Shown: in pieces, positions 9,681 through 18,499 of the stretch
Position numbering within the stretch: position 1 is the stretch's first letter
How the letters are laid out: each line of letters opens with the position of its first letter
Assembly (NCBI GenBank): GCA_030433005.1
Contig: JAUILQ010000008.1
Location: 17,106 to 81,105, forward strand
Length of the DNA stretch: 64,000 nucleotides
Direction of reading: 5' to 3'
Origin: Alphaproteobacteria bacterium
GTDB lineage: Bacteria; Pseudomonadota; Alphaproteobacteria; Kiloniellales; DSM-21159
Translations under genes and position numbers: made by a program
The notes under the pieces: generated by a model
Seen by the model: only the letters and a program-made list of their open reading frames with translations
Databases searched by the model: none
Told to the model about the DNA's origin: nothing

Positions 9681-10681
9681 TGGCCGACGACGCCGCCTCG
9701 CGCCGCCGCCGCGATCCCGCGCCCTCGCGCCCGAACACCGGCGTCGCCCAGCTGCTCGCGGTCTTCGACGATCCGCGCAAGTTCTGGCTGGCGATCGCCG
9801 TGGTCCTGGTCGCGGTCGCCGTGGCGCCGCTGCTGTTCGGCCAGTACGCGACGGTGATCCTGACCAACGCGCTGCTCTACGTCGTGCTCTGCCTCGGCCT
9901 CAACATCGTGGTCGGCTACGCCGGCCTGCTCGACCTCGGCTACGCCGCCTTCTTCGCGGTCGGCGCCTACGCCGTGGCGATCCTCGGCCAGCAGACCGCG
10001 CTCGGCTTCTGGGCGGCGATCCCCTTCGCGCTGGTTGCCGCGGCCGCGGCCGGCGTGATCATCGGCGGCCCGACGCTCAGGCTGCGCTCCGACTACCTGG
10101 CGATCGTCACGCTCGGCTTCGGCGAGATCGTGCGCTTCTCGGCGCGCAACCTGGAGATCACCGGCGCGGCCAGCGGCATCTCCGGCATCGAGCAGCCCTC
10201 GCTGTTCGGCTGGCACATCGATTCGCCGACCGAGTTCTACTACGTCTTCGCGCTGCTCTCGGTGTTCGCCGTGATCGCCAGCGTGCGCCTCGCCAACTCT
10301 CGGCTCGGGCGCGCCTGGCTCTACGTGCGCCACGACGAGGACGCCGCGGAGGCGATGGGCATCGACCGCGTGCGGGTCAAGCTCGCCGCCTATGTCATCG
10401 GCTCGATCTACGGCGCGATCGGCGGCATCTTCTTCGCCGTCAACCTCGGCGCGATCTCGCCGGAGAGCTTCAGCTTCGAGCAGTCGGTGCTGATCCTGAT
10501 GGCGGTGATCCTGGGCGGCATGGGCAAGATTCCCGGCGTGATTCTGGGCGCCTTCATCATCGTGCTCGGCCCGGAGCTGCTGCGCGACCTCGGCGAGCTG
10601 CGCCTGCTGGTCTTCGCCGTCGGCCTGCTGCTGATCATGCTGTTCCGGCCGAGCGGCATCTGGCCGAGCCGGAAGTCCTGA
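9680..10681 (+). CDS. livM: Branched-chain amino acid-type ABC transporter permease (LivM family)
   Basis: ATG 9680 overlaps the livH TGA by 1 nt. LivM-like core (NIVVGYAGLLDLGYAAFFAVGAY, LRLRSDYLAIVTLGFGEIVR). Confidence 0.9.
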   Translation: MADDAASRRRRDPAPSRPNTGVAQLLAVFDDPRKFWLAIAVVLVAVAVAPLLFGQYATVILTNALLYVVLCLGLNIVVGYAGLLDLGYAAFFAVGAYAVAILGQQTALGFWAAIPFALVAAAAAGVIIGGPTLRLRSDYLAIVTLGFGEIVRFSARNLEITGAASGISGIEQPSLFGWHIDSPTEFYYVFALLSVFAVIASVRLANSRLGRAWLYVRHDEDAAEAMGIDRVRVKLAAYVIGSIYGAIGGIFFAVNLGAISPESFSFEQSVLILMAVILGGMGKIPGVILGAFIIVLGPELLRDLGELRLLVFAVGLLLIMLFRPSGIWPSRKS

Positions 10682-10695
10682 GAGGAGAGGGGTCC

Positions 10696-11472
10696 GTGCT
10701 GCTCAAACTGTCCGACGTGCAGCTGCGCTTCGCCGGCAACACGGTGCTCCACGACGTCAACTTCGGCGTCGCCGAGTCCGCGCTGACCAGCCTGATCGGC
10801 CCCAACGGGGCCGGCAAGACCTCGCTGTTCAACTGCATCACCGGCTTCTACAAGCCGCAGGGCGGCTCGGTCGTGTTCGACGGCCACGAGCTGCTGCGCC
10901 TGAAGCCGCACCGCGTGACCAAGCTGGGCATCGCGCGGACCTTCCAGAACCTGCGGCTGTTCCGCGAGATGACCGTGCTGGAGAACGTCATGGCCGGCAT
11001 GCACTGCCGGACCCATGCCGGCGCCTTCGCCGCCGTCTTCCGCACCCCCGGTCAGCGCCGCGAGGAGGCCGAGATCCGCGCCGAGGCCGAGGACTGCCTG
11101 CGCTTCGTCGGCATCCTCGACGAGAAGGACCGCATCGCCACGACCCTGGCCTACGGCCACCAGCGCCGCGTCGAGATCGCCCGGGCGCTGGCCACCCGGC
11201 CCAAGCTGATGCTGCTCGACGAGCCGGCGGCCGGCCTCAACAGCGGCGAGAAGGACGAGCTGATCGGGCTGATCCGGCGCATCCGCGACGAGCGCGGCGT
11301 CGCGGTGCTGCTGATCGAGCACGACATGGGCCTGGTCATGAAGGTGTCCGAACGCATCACCGTGCTCGACCACGGCCGCCTGATCGCCGAGGGCACGGCC
11401 GACGAGGTGCGCCGGGACCCGAAGGTCATCGAGGCCTATCTCGGCCAGGAGGAAGGGGAGGCGGCCCTGTGA
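10696..11472 (+). CDS. livG: ABC transporter ATP-binding protein (LivG family)
   Basis: Walker A GPNGAGKTS, signature LAYGHQRRVEIARAL, Walker B LMLLDEPAAG. LivG-specific insertion after the Q-loop. Confidence 0.92.
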   Translation: MLLKLSDVQLRFAGNTVLHDVNFGVAESALTSLIGPNGAGKTSLFNCITGFYKPQGGSVVFDGHELLRLKPHRVTKLGIARTFQNLRLFREMTVLENVMAGMHCRTHAGAFAAVFRTPGQRREEAEIRAEAEDCLRFVGILDEKDRIATTLAYGHQRRVEIARALATRPKLMLLDEPAAGLNSGEKDELIGLIRRIRDERGVAVLLIEHDMGLVMKVSERITVLDHGRLIAEGTADEVRRDPKVIEAYLGQEEGEAAL

Positions 11473-12224
11473 GCGCGCAGCCTGACGAAGGGCGCACGGC
11501 CAGCGATGCCGAGCTGCTGCTCGAGGTCGAGGCGGTCGAGGCGGCCTACGGCGAGATCCACGCCCTGCGCGGCATCGACCTGGCGGTGCGGCGCGGCCAG
11601 ATCGTCACGCTGCTCGGCGCCAACGGCGCCGGCAAGACCACGACGCTCAAGACCATCTCCGGCCTGGTGCGGGCGCTGTCCGGCCGGATCCGCCTGGCCG
11701 GGCGCGACATCACCGGCCTGAAGGCGCACGAGATCGCCCGCCTCGGCCTGGTCCACGTGCCCGAGGGCCGGCACATCCTGCGCGGCCTGACGGTCGAGGA
11801 GAACCTGGAGCTCGGCGCCTTCACCGTAAGGGACGCGGCGACCCGGCGGCGCCGGCTGCGCGAGGTCTACGAGCAGTTCCCGATCCTCGGCGAGCGACGC
11901 GGCCAGGACGGCTCGCTGCTGTCCGGCGGCGAGCAGCAGATGCTGGCGATCGGCCGGGCGCTGATGCAGGAGCCGCAGATCCTGCTGCTCGACGAGCCCT
12001 CGATGGGCCTGGCGCCGAAGCTGGTGACCGAGACCATGGGCATCATCCGGCGCCTCAACGAGGGCGGGACGACGATCCTGCTGGTCGAGCAGAACGCCCG
12101 CCTGGCGCTGCAGCTGGCCGACTACGGCTACGTCCTGGAGAACGGCGAGATCCGCCTGGAGAACTCCGCCGAGGCCCTGCGCGCCGACCGCTCGATCGTC
12201 GAGGCCTACATGGGCAGCGGCTGA
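11469..12224 (+). CDS. livF: ABC transporter ATP-binding protein (LivF family)
   Basis: Walker A GANGAGKTT, signature LSGGEQQMLAIGRAL, Walker B ILLLDEPSMGL. 4-nt overlap with livG. Confidence 0.92.
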   Translation: MSAQPDEGRTASDAELLLEVEAVEAAYGEIHALRGIDLAVRRGQIVTLLGANGAGKTTTLKTISGLVRALSGRIRLAGRDITGLKAHEIARLGLVHVPEGRHILRGLTVEENLELGAFTVRDAATRRRRLREVYEQFPILGERRGQDGSLLSGGEQQMLAIGRALMQEPQILLLDEPSMGLAPKLVTETMGIIRRLNEGGTTILLVEQNARLALQLADYGYVLENGEIRLENSAEALRADRSIVEAYMGSG

Positions 12225-12243
12225 ACGCCGTGGCGCCCGCCGG

Positions 12244-12705
12244 TCAGCCCGGCAGATTGGTCACGACCTCGCTGGTCACCGAGTTGGCGATGAAGCAGCG
12301 GGCGTGGGCCTCCTCGTGCAGCGCCGCCAGGGCGGCGGCGTCGGGCGCATCGCCCTGCCAGTCGATGCGCGGGTTGAGCTCGACCCGCTCGATCCAGTAG
12401 CGCCCCGCCGCCTTGCGCGCCATGAAGCCGACCGCCTCGTCCTCGTAGCGCTCGACGACCAGGCCGCGCTGCCGGGCGAGGTCCAGGAACCAGAGCATGT
12501 GGCAGGACGACAGCGCGGCGACGAAGGCCTCCTCCGGGTCGACCGCCTCCGGCGACGACATCGGCGGCGGCACGACGTGGGGCGAGGGCGAGCCCGGCAC
12601 GCTCAGGCCGCCGTCGAAGCGCCACTCGTGGGCGCGCGAATAGCGGTTGTCCGAAAAGACCTGGTCGCCGCGGCTCCAGCGGATCGTCGCCCGGTGTTCC
12701 GACAT
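12244..12705 (-). CDS. OsmC-family protein
   Basis: 153 aa with an OsmC/Ohr-fold pattern, including the paired Cys contexts (LSSCHMLWF and HARCFIANS). Confidence 0.8.
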   Translation of the reverse strand: MSEHRATIRWSRGDQVFSDNRYSRAHEWRFDGGLSVPGSPSPHVVPPPMSSPEAVDPEEAFVAALSSCHMLWFLDLARQRGLVVERYEDEAVGFMARKAAGRYWIERVELNPRIDWQGDAPDAAALAALHEEAHARCFIANSVTSEVVTNLPG

Positions 12706-12744
12706 CGTCGTCCTTCCTCCTGGGGTCTCGGGGCAGCGCGCCCG

Positions 12745-12961
12745 CTCGGCGGGTCGCCTGGGCCTGCCACAGCAGGCGCGCGCCGAACAGGATGAGCGCG
12801 CCGCCGCAGGCCCGGTCTATCCAGTTCTTGCGGCGCCGGAAAGCGGCCTCGAGCCGCGGCTGCGAGAGCAGCAGCGCGACGGCGACCAGCCACGGCGCCT
12901 CGGCGCGCGAGCGGGTCACGGCGCGCCGGGTCGCCGCGACGACGCTCGGGCCGGGGCTCAT
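12745..12961 (-). pseudogene. Possible C-terminal remnant of a LysE/RhtB-family exporter
   Basis: Translation APWLVAVALLLSQPRLEAAFRRRKNWIDRACGGALILFGARLLWQ resembles the last TM helices of LysE-type translocators. There is no N-terminal 3/4 of the protein, and the frame then runs on over osmC without a stop. Confidence 0.3.
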
Positions 12962-13248
12962 GACGCCGAGCGCTTAGAGCAGGGCGCTCGAGACCAGTGC
13001 GGAGAGGTCGAGCGACATGGCCGGCAGTCTGCCCGCCCCGGCGGCGGCGGCCAAGCCGGGGTCGCGGTCGCCCCCGGGGTGGGCGCAACGCCGGCAACGC
13101 CGCTGGTGACGCGCCGCGCCGTTGGCAGTAGGCTCGCGCGCGTCGCGGCGGGGGCCCTGGGCATCCGCCCCGGCCCGGCGCCGCCGGCCTTCCGCCCCTC
13201 CGACCCCTTCCGCCCCTTCGACCACAGCCCCTGCCCGAGCCGAGTCCG

Positions 13249-13836
13249 ATGAACATCCTGCGACGCCTCTACGACTGGGCGCTGGCCCGGGCCGGCTCGA
13301 AGCACGCCCTGCCGTCGCTGTTCGGCATCTCCTTCATCGAGTCGTCGGTCTTTCCGATCCCGCCGGACGTGCTGATCCTGCCGATGGTGCTGGCGCGGCG
13401 CGACCGGGCCTGGATCATCGCGACGGTCGCGACCGTCGGCTCGGTGCTGGGCGGCCTCGCCGGCTACGCCATCGGCTACTTCTTCTTCGAGGCGATCGGC
13501 GAGCAGATCCTCGCCTTCTACGGCTATCTCTCGAAGTTCAAGGAGTTCACCGCCTACTACAACGAGTGGGGCGCGTGGATCGTCGCCGGCGCCGGCTTCA
13601 CGCCCTTTCCCTACAAGGTCATCACCATCGCCAGCGGCGTCACCAAGCTCGACTTCGCGGTCTTCATGATCGCCTCGCTGGTCTCGCGCGGCGCCCGCTT
13701 CTTCCTGCTGGCGGGGCTGCTGTGGTGGTTCGGCCCGCCGATCCGTCGCTTCGTCGAGGCCTACCTGCCGCAGCTGACCCTGCTGTTCTTCCTGCTGCTG
13801 GTCGGCGGCTTCGTCGCCCTGAAATACCTCTTCTGA
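13249..13836 (+). CDS. YqaA/DedA-related (SNARE-associated domain) membrane protein
   Basis: FGISFIESSVFPIPPDVLILPM and GFTPFPYKVITIASG are typical YqaA-family segments. 195 aa, 4-5 TM helices. Confidence 0.8.
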   Translation: MNILRRLYDWALARAGSKHALPSLFGISFIESSVFPIPPDVLILPMVLARRDRAWIIATVATVGSVLGGLAGYAIGYFFFEAIGEQILAFYGYLSKFKEFTAYYNEWGAWIVAGAGFTPFPYKVITIASGVTKLDFAVFMIASLVSRGARFFLLAGLLWWFGPPIRRFVEAYLPQLTLLFFLLLVGGFVALKYLF

Positions 13837-13856
13837 CCGGCGGTCGGGCGGCCTAC

Positions 13857-14384
13857 ATGAGCGCCATGAGCGATCTCTTCCGCCGCCGGCCATTGCTGGC
13901 CCCGCTGCTCGGCGTGCTGGCCGGGGCCGGCGCCATCGCCGTCGCCCTGGTCGCGCAGCACGGCTTCGGCCTGGAACCCTGCGTGCTCTGCATCTGGCAG
14001 CGCTGGGCGCTCGGCATCGCCGCCGCCCTGGCGGTGCCGGCGCTGTTCCTGCGCGGCCGGGCGCGCGCGGCTTCGCTCGTCGCCGCGGCGCTCGGCTACC
14101 TGGGCAGCGCCGGCCTCGCCGGCTTCCACGGCGGGGTCGAGCGCAAGTGGTGGGAAGGCACCTCCGGCTGCCAGGCACCCGACTTCGGCAGCGCCGCCTC
14201 GGTCGACCAGCTGCGCGACGCGCTGATGGGCACCGAGGTCGTCGCCTGCGACGAAGTCGCCTGGTCGCTGTTCGGCCTGTCGATGGCCGACTACAATCTC
14301 TTCTACAGCCTGGGCGTCGCGCTGATCCTTCTGCTCGCCGCCCGGGCCCTGGCCACCGGGGCAAGCGGAGCGACCGCGCGATGA
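13857..14384 (+). CDS. dsbB: DsbB-family disulfide bond formation protein
   Basis: CVLCIWQRW (CxxC in TM1-proximal position) and a second Cys pair (GCQAPD ... VVACDEVAWS). Four TM helices. Start ATG 13857 inside a longer artefactual ORF. Confidence 0.8.
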   Translation: MSAMSDLFRRRPLLAPLLGVLAGAGAIAVALVAQHGFGLEPCVLCIWQRWALGIAAALAVPALFLRGRARAASLVAAALGYLGSAGLAGFHGGVERKWWEGTSGCQAPDFGSAASVDQLRDALMGTEVVACDEVAWSLFGLSMADYNLFYSLGVALILLLAARALATGASGATAR

Positions 14385-14977
14385 TCGACGACGAAGGCGG
14401 CCTGCCGGGCCGCGCCGGCAAGAAGCGCAAGCACCGGCGCCGGCTGCCGGGCGACCCGGCGGCCCCGGCATCGGTCTCGCGCATGCTGCGTGTCGACCAG
14501 GCCGGCGAGTACGGCGCCCGGCGCATCTACGAGGGCCAGCTGGCGGTGCTCGGGCGCAGCAGGTCGGGCCCGGCGCTGCGCCGCATGTGGGAGCAGGAGA
14601 AGGTGCACCTCGACACCTTCGACGGCCTGCTGCCGGCGCGGCGCGTGCGCCCCACCGTCCTGTCGCCGCTGTGGCACGTCGCCGGCTTCGCGCTCGGCGC
14701 CGGCACCGCGCTCATGGGCGAGCGCGCGGCCATGGCCTGCACCGTGGCGGTCGAGGAGACCATCGACCGGCACTACGCGGCCCAGGCCGAGGCGCTGGAG
14801 GAGCGCCCCGAGGAGGCGCCGCTGCGCGAGACGATCGAGCGCTTCCGCGCCGAGGAGCTCGAGCACCGCGACACCGCCCTGGAGCACGAGGCCGAGCAGG
14901 CGCCCGGGTATCCGCTGCTCTCGGCGGCGATCCGCGCCGGCTCGAAGGCGGCGATCTGGCTGAGCGAGCGCTTCTGA
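14381..14977 (+). CDS. coq7: Demethoxyubiquinone hydroxylase (Coq7 family di-iron carboxylate protein)
   Basis: Coq7 segments (RVDQAGEYGARRIYEGQL, EKVHLDTF, AVEETIDRHY, FRAEELEHRD). ATGA overlap with the dsbB stop. Confidence 0.9.
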   Translation: MIDDEGGLPGRAGKKRKHRRRLPGDPAAPASVSRMLRVDQAGEYGARRIYEGQLAVLGRSRSGPALRRMWEQEKVHLDTFDGLLPARRVRPTVLSPLWHVAGFALGAGTALMGERAAMACTVAVEETIDRHYAAQAEALEERPEEAPLRETIERFRAEELEHRDTALEHEAEQAPGYPLLSAAIRAGSKAAIWLSERF

Positions 14978-15110
14978 AGCCGCCGGGAAATCCGGCATTC
15001 GCTTCGCAAGCTTCTGAAAACTAACTGAAAATTAAGCCTGCTCGCTAACCGATTCTTGGCTTTTGCGGGCTATACGGGAAGGGCACAGCTCCCTCTCGAA
15101 GGCCCAGGCC

Positions 15111-15299
15111 ATGTCGACCCTGCCGTTCAAAGCGTCGCCCAAGCTGCCGCCGCGTCAGCCGGCCTGGTGGCCGGAGCTGAAGCGCATTGCCGCCCTGGTC
15201 ATCCTCGGCCCCAAGACGGCACCCGCGCGGCCGCCGCTGCCGGACACCGTCGAGCTGGCCCGCGACGGCAAGATCTCGGGCTGGCTGCGCATGGACTGA
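15111..15299 (+). CDS. Small hypothetical protein (62 aa)
   Basis: High third-position GC consistent with coding. Sits after the most AT-rich spacer of this part of the window. No family recognised (MSTLPFKASPKLPPRQPAWWPELKRIAALVILGPK...). Confidence 0.35.
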   Translation: MSTLPFKASPKLPPRQPAWWPELKRIAALVILGPKTAPARPPLPDTVELARDGKISGWLRMD

Positions 15300-15402
15300 G
15301 CGGGCCGCTTCCCGGCGGCACGGGCTTGACGGCGGCCACGGGGAAGGCTTCCCTGCGCGCGGCGCGCCCGTGGCGGCGCGACCGTTCCTTTCGGCCAGCC
15401 GC

Positions 15403-16350
15403 GTGGGTTCCTTCGTGACTTCCTTCATCCGCAAGCAGGACGCCCAGGGCCGGATCGGCTGGACGGCGATCGCCGACGCCATCGAGGCCGGGCACCGCCT
15501 GCCCAGGGCCGTGCTGCGCGACGCCTTCATCGAGGGCGGCCACGGCACGCTGCTCAACCGCGCGGCCTGGGTCGACGGCCTGGGCTTCTGCGTCAAGGCG
15601 GCCTCGATCATGGGCGGCAACGCCGCCAAGGGCCTGCCGACGGTGCACAGCGCGGTGATGCTGTTCGGCGACCGGGAGGGCCAGGTCGAGGCGGTCATCG
15701 AGGGCGACCTGGTCACCGACTTCAAGACCGCCGGCGACTCCGCGCTCGGGGCGCGCCTGCTGGCGCGGCCCGACAGCCGGCATCTGCTTCTGGTCGGCGC
15801 CGGCACCGTGGCCGAGAACCTGGCCCGCGCCTATTCGGAGATCTTCCCCGGGCTGGCGCGCATCTCGATCTGGAACCGCTCGCCGGAGCGCGCCCGCGGC
15901 CTGGCCGAGCGCCTGGCCGGCGAGGGCTACCCGGCGGTGCCGGTCGCCGACCTGCCGGCCGCCGCCGGCGAGGCCGACATGATCGGCTGCGCGACCATGG
16001 CGCGCGAGCCGGTGCTGCTCGGCGAGTGGGTGCGGCCCGGCACCCACGTCGACCTGATCGGCGCCTTCAAGGCCGACATGCGCGAGGCCGACGACGCGCT
16101 GCTGCAGAAGGGCCGCCTGTTCGTCGACAGCCGCGAGTCGACGATCGGCCACATCGGCGAGCTGATGATCCCCCTGGCTTCCGGCGCGATCTCGGAAGAC
16201 GACGTGCTCGGCGATCTCTACGACCTGGTCGGCGGCGCGGCCGGGCGGCGCGACGCCGAGGAGATCACGGTCTACAAGAACGGCGGCGGCGGCCACCTCG
16301 ACCTGATGACCGCCAAGGCGATCCTGCGCCTGGTCGAGGGCGGGGACTGA
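15403..16350 (+). CDS. Ornithine cyclodeaminase/mu-crystallin family protein
   Basis: OCD-family segments (KTAGDSALGARLLARPDSRHLLLVGAGTVA, GTHVDLIGAF, EITVYKNGGGGHLD). No in-frame ATG near the N-terminus. GTG 15403 or GTG 15415 is the likely start. Confidence 0.85.
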   Translation: MGSFVTSFIRKQDAQGRIGWTAIADAIEAGHRLPRAVLRDAFIEGGHGTLLNRAAWVDGLGFCVKAASIMGGNAAKGLPTVHSAVMLFGDREGQVEAVIEGDLVTDFKTAGDSALGARLLARPDSRHLLLVGAGTVAENLARAYSEIFPGLARISIWNRSPERARGLAERLAGEGYPAVPVADLPAAAGEADMIGCATMAREPVLLGEWVRPGTHVDLIGAFKADMREADDALLQKGRLFVDSRESTIGHIGELMIPLASGAISEDDVLGDLYDLVGGAAGRRDAEEITVYKNGGGGHLDLMTAKAILRLVEGGD

Positions 16351-16399
16351 GTTCGAGCGACCGCTGGGAGATGCCCGCCCGTCCACGCAGCCGCCGTCC

Positions 16400-16957
16400 C
16401 TACGACTCCAGCTCGGTGTCCCAGTAGAGGAAGTCGTTCCAGCTCTCGTGCAGGTAGCCCGGCGGGAAGCCGCGGCCGTTTTCCTGCAGGCGGTAGGTCG
16501 AGGGCATGTCCGGCGGCTCGAGCGGCAGCATGTGGCAGTCGCGCGGCATGCGGTTGCCCTTGCGCAGGTTGCAGGTCTGGCAGGCCGTCACGACGTTCTG
16601 CCAGGTCGTTCGGCCGCCGCGCGAGCGCGGCACCACGTGGTCGAAGGTCAGGTCCTCTGAGGGAAAGCCCTCCCCGCAGTACTGGCACTGGAAGCGGTCG
16701 CGCAGGAAGACGTTGAAGCGGGTGAAGGCCGGCCGCCGGTCCATCGTGACGTACTCCTTGAGGGAGATCACGCTGGGCAGCTTCATCGAGAAGCTCGGCG
16801 AGTGGATGACCCGGTCGTACTGCGAGATGACGTTGACCCGGTCGAGGAAGACCGCCTTGATCGAGTCCTGCCAGGACCAGAGAGACAACGGGAAGTAGCT
16901 CAGCGGGCGGAAGTCCGCGTTCAAGACAAGAGAAGGAAAACTCTCTCCGGGGCTCAA
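16400..16957 (-). CDS. HNH endonuclease-domain protein (stand-alone, 185 aa)
   Basis: CQYCG ... FDHVVPRSRGGRTTWQNVVTACQTCNLRKG is a classical HNH/Cys-box motif. Confidence 0.85.
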   Translation of the reverse strand: MSPGESFPSLVLNADFRPLSYFPLSLWSWQDSIKAVFLDRVNVISQYDRVIHSPSFSMKLPSVISLKEYVTMDRRPAFTRFNVFLRDRFQCQYCGEGFPSEDLTFDHVVPRSRGGRTTWQNVVTACQTCNLRKGNRMPRDCHMLPLEPPDMPSTYRLQENGRGFPPGYLHESWNDFLYWDTELES

Positions 16958-17226
16958 GTGCCTCTCCCCCTTTACTGAGTTCTTGCGACTCGAAGACCGT
17001 TCAAGGTTGGGTGCTGGATAGCCCGGCTCCGGCCCAAAGACAAGATCCGGGGCGCGGACCCGCAGAAAACTTCACCATTTTGTCACGGCCCGGCCGCTCT
17101 CGCAAAACCGGCCATCACGTTTCGGTGCGCGGGGCCACGTTCGCCGCCCCGACTCCCAATCTAGGGGAAGGGCGCTGGCAGGCGACCTGCGCGCTCGAGA
17201 ACCATGACCGGAAGCGAGGAACCAGG

Positions 17227-17742
17227 ATGACCGACAAGCCCAAGGCCGGCGAGACCACCCCGGAGCTGAGGCTGCCGCTGGTCGGCGGCGGCGAGGCCCG
17301 TTTCGGCGGGGAAGGCCGCTGGCAGCTGGCGATCGTCTACCGCGGCAAGCACTGCCCGCTGTGCCGCAAGTATCTCGGGCGCCTTGAAGAGGTGAAGCAG
17401 CGCTACGCCGAGCTCGGCACCGAGATCCTGCTGGTCTCCGGCGATCCCGAGGACAAGGCGGCCGCGACGCGCGAGGAGTGGGGCGTCAGCCTGCCGCTCG
17501 CCTACGGCCTGACGGTCGAGCAGATGCAGGGCCTCGGGCTCTACGTCTCCGAGCCGCGCAGCCCGCAGGAGACCGACCGCCCCTTCGCCGAGCCCGGCGT
17601 CTTCGTCACCCGCCCCGACGGCCGGCTGCAGATCGTCGACATCTCCAACGCGCCCTTCGCCCGGCCGGACCTCGAGGGCCTGGCCAACGGCCTGGCCTTC
17701 GTCCAGGACAAGGACTACCCGATCCGCGGCACGCTGGGCTGA
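17227..17742 (+). CDS. AhpC/TSA (redoxin) family peroxiredoxin-like protein
   Basis: Thioredoxin-fold pattern with WQLAIVYRGKHCPLCRKYL. Start at ATG 17227. Confidence 0.75.
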   Translation: MTDKPKAGETTPELRLPLVGGGEARFGGEGRWQLAIVYRGKHCPLCRKYLGRLEEVKQRYAELGTEILLVSGDPEDKAAATREEWGVSLPLAYGLTVEQMQGLGLYVSEPRSPQETDRPFAEPGVFVTRPDGRLQIVDISNAPFARPDLEGLANGLAFVQDKDYPIRGTLG

Positions 17743-17789
17743 GGCGCCGGCCCGCGGCCGGGTTCCCCGGGGCCGCGGGCCGGCGCCGC

Positions 17790-18476
17790 TCAGGGCTGCT
17801 CGGCGTCGAGCGGGTGGCCGGCGAAGCGCAGCGCCAGGAACTTGATCGCCGCCAGCAGGCCCTCCTCGTCGATCGAATGCTCGAGGCCGGGACGCGGCAG
17901 CGCCTCGACCGGCACCTCCAGCAGCTCCAGCCCGCGCTGGCTGGCCGCGAGCATCTGGAAGGGCACCACCGGGTCGGCCTCGCCGTGGATCAGCAGCACC
18001 GGCGGGCGGCTGGCGATCTCCTTGCCCAGCCGCTCGGGATCGATCAGCGCGCCGGAGAAGCCGACGATCGCCGCCGCGGGGTTCGGCCGCCGCAGCGCGG
18101 TGTGGAGCGCCACCATCGTGCCCTGGGAGAAGCCGACCAGCGCCAGCTCGGCGTCGCTCAGCCCGTGGCGCTCGAGCTCGGCGTCGATGAAGCGGTCGAG
18201 CGGCCCGCGCGCGCCCTCGGCGCCCCAGTAGAGCTGCTCGGGATCGCTCTGCTGCAGGCTGAACCACTGGTAGCCCATCGGCGCCATGTCGCTGGGGAAG
18301 GGGGCGTTGGGCGCGACGAAGGCGGCGTCGGGCATGACCTGGGCGAGGTAGGGCGACAGGCCGATCAGGTCCTCGCCGTCGGCGCCCAGTCCGTGCAGCA
18401 GCACGATCAGCTGCTTGGCCGGGCCGCCGCTGGCGGGTTCCTTGCGCGGTCCGTCGAGTCCGGTCGTCTGGTTCAT
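17790..18476 (-). CDS. Alpha/beta hydrolase, phospholipase/carboxylesterase family
   Basis: LIVLLHGLGADGEDL, nucleophile elbow GFSQGT, LLIHGEADPVVP. Only the last 228 codons of the 1164-codon track ORF look like protein. Confidence 0.85.
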   Translation of the reverse strand: MNQTTGLDGPRKEPASGGPAKQLIVLLHGLGADGEDLIGLSPYLAQVMPDAAFVAPNAPFPSDMAPMGYQWFSLQQSDPEQLYWGAEGARGPLDRFIDAELERHGLSDAELALVGFSQGTMVALHTALRRPNPAAAIVGFSGALIDPERLGKEIASRPPVLLIHGEADPVVPFQMLAASQRGLELLEVPVEALPRPGLEHSIDEEGLLAAIKFLALRFAGHPLDAEQP

Positions 18477-18499
18477 GAAGTCTCCCTTGGAAGATGGAG

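Noticed and set aside
15050-15075. Sigma54-like TGGC...TGC element (ttggcttttgcggg) upstream of the small ORF
   Set aside because: The GG to GC spacing is one nucleotide off the -24/-12 rule and no enhancer-binding protein gene is nearby.
16400-16957. HNH endonuclease as a marker of a mobile element or defence system
   Set aside because: It is a stand-alone 185-aa gene between housekeeping genes. It has no neighbouring methylase, terminase, intron/intein context, integrase, repeats or compositional break.
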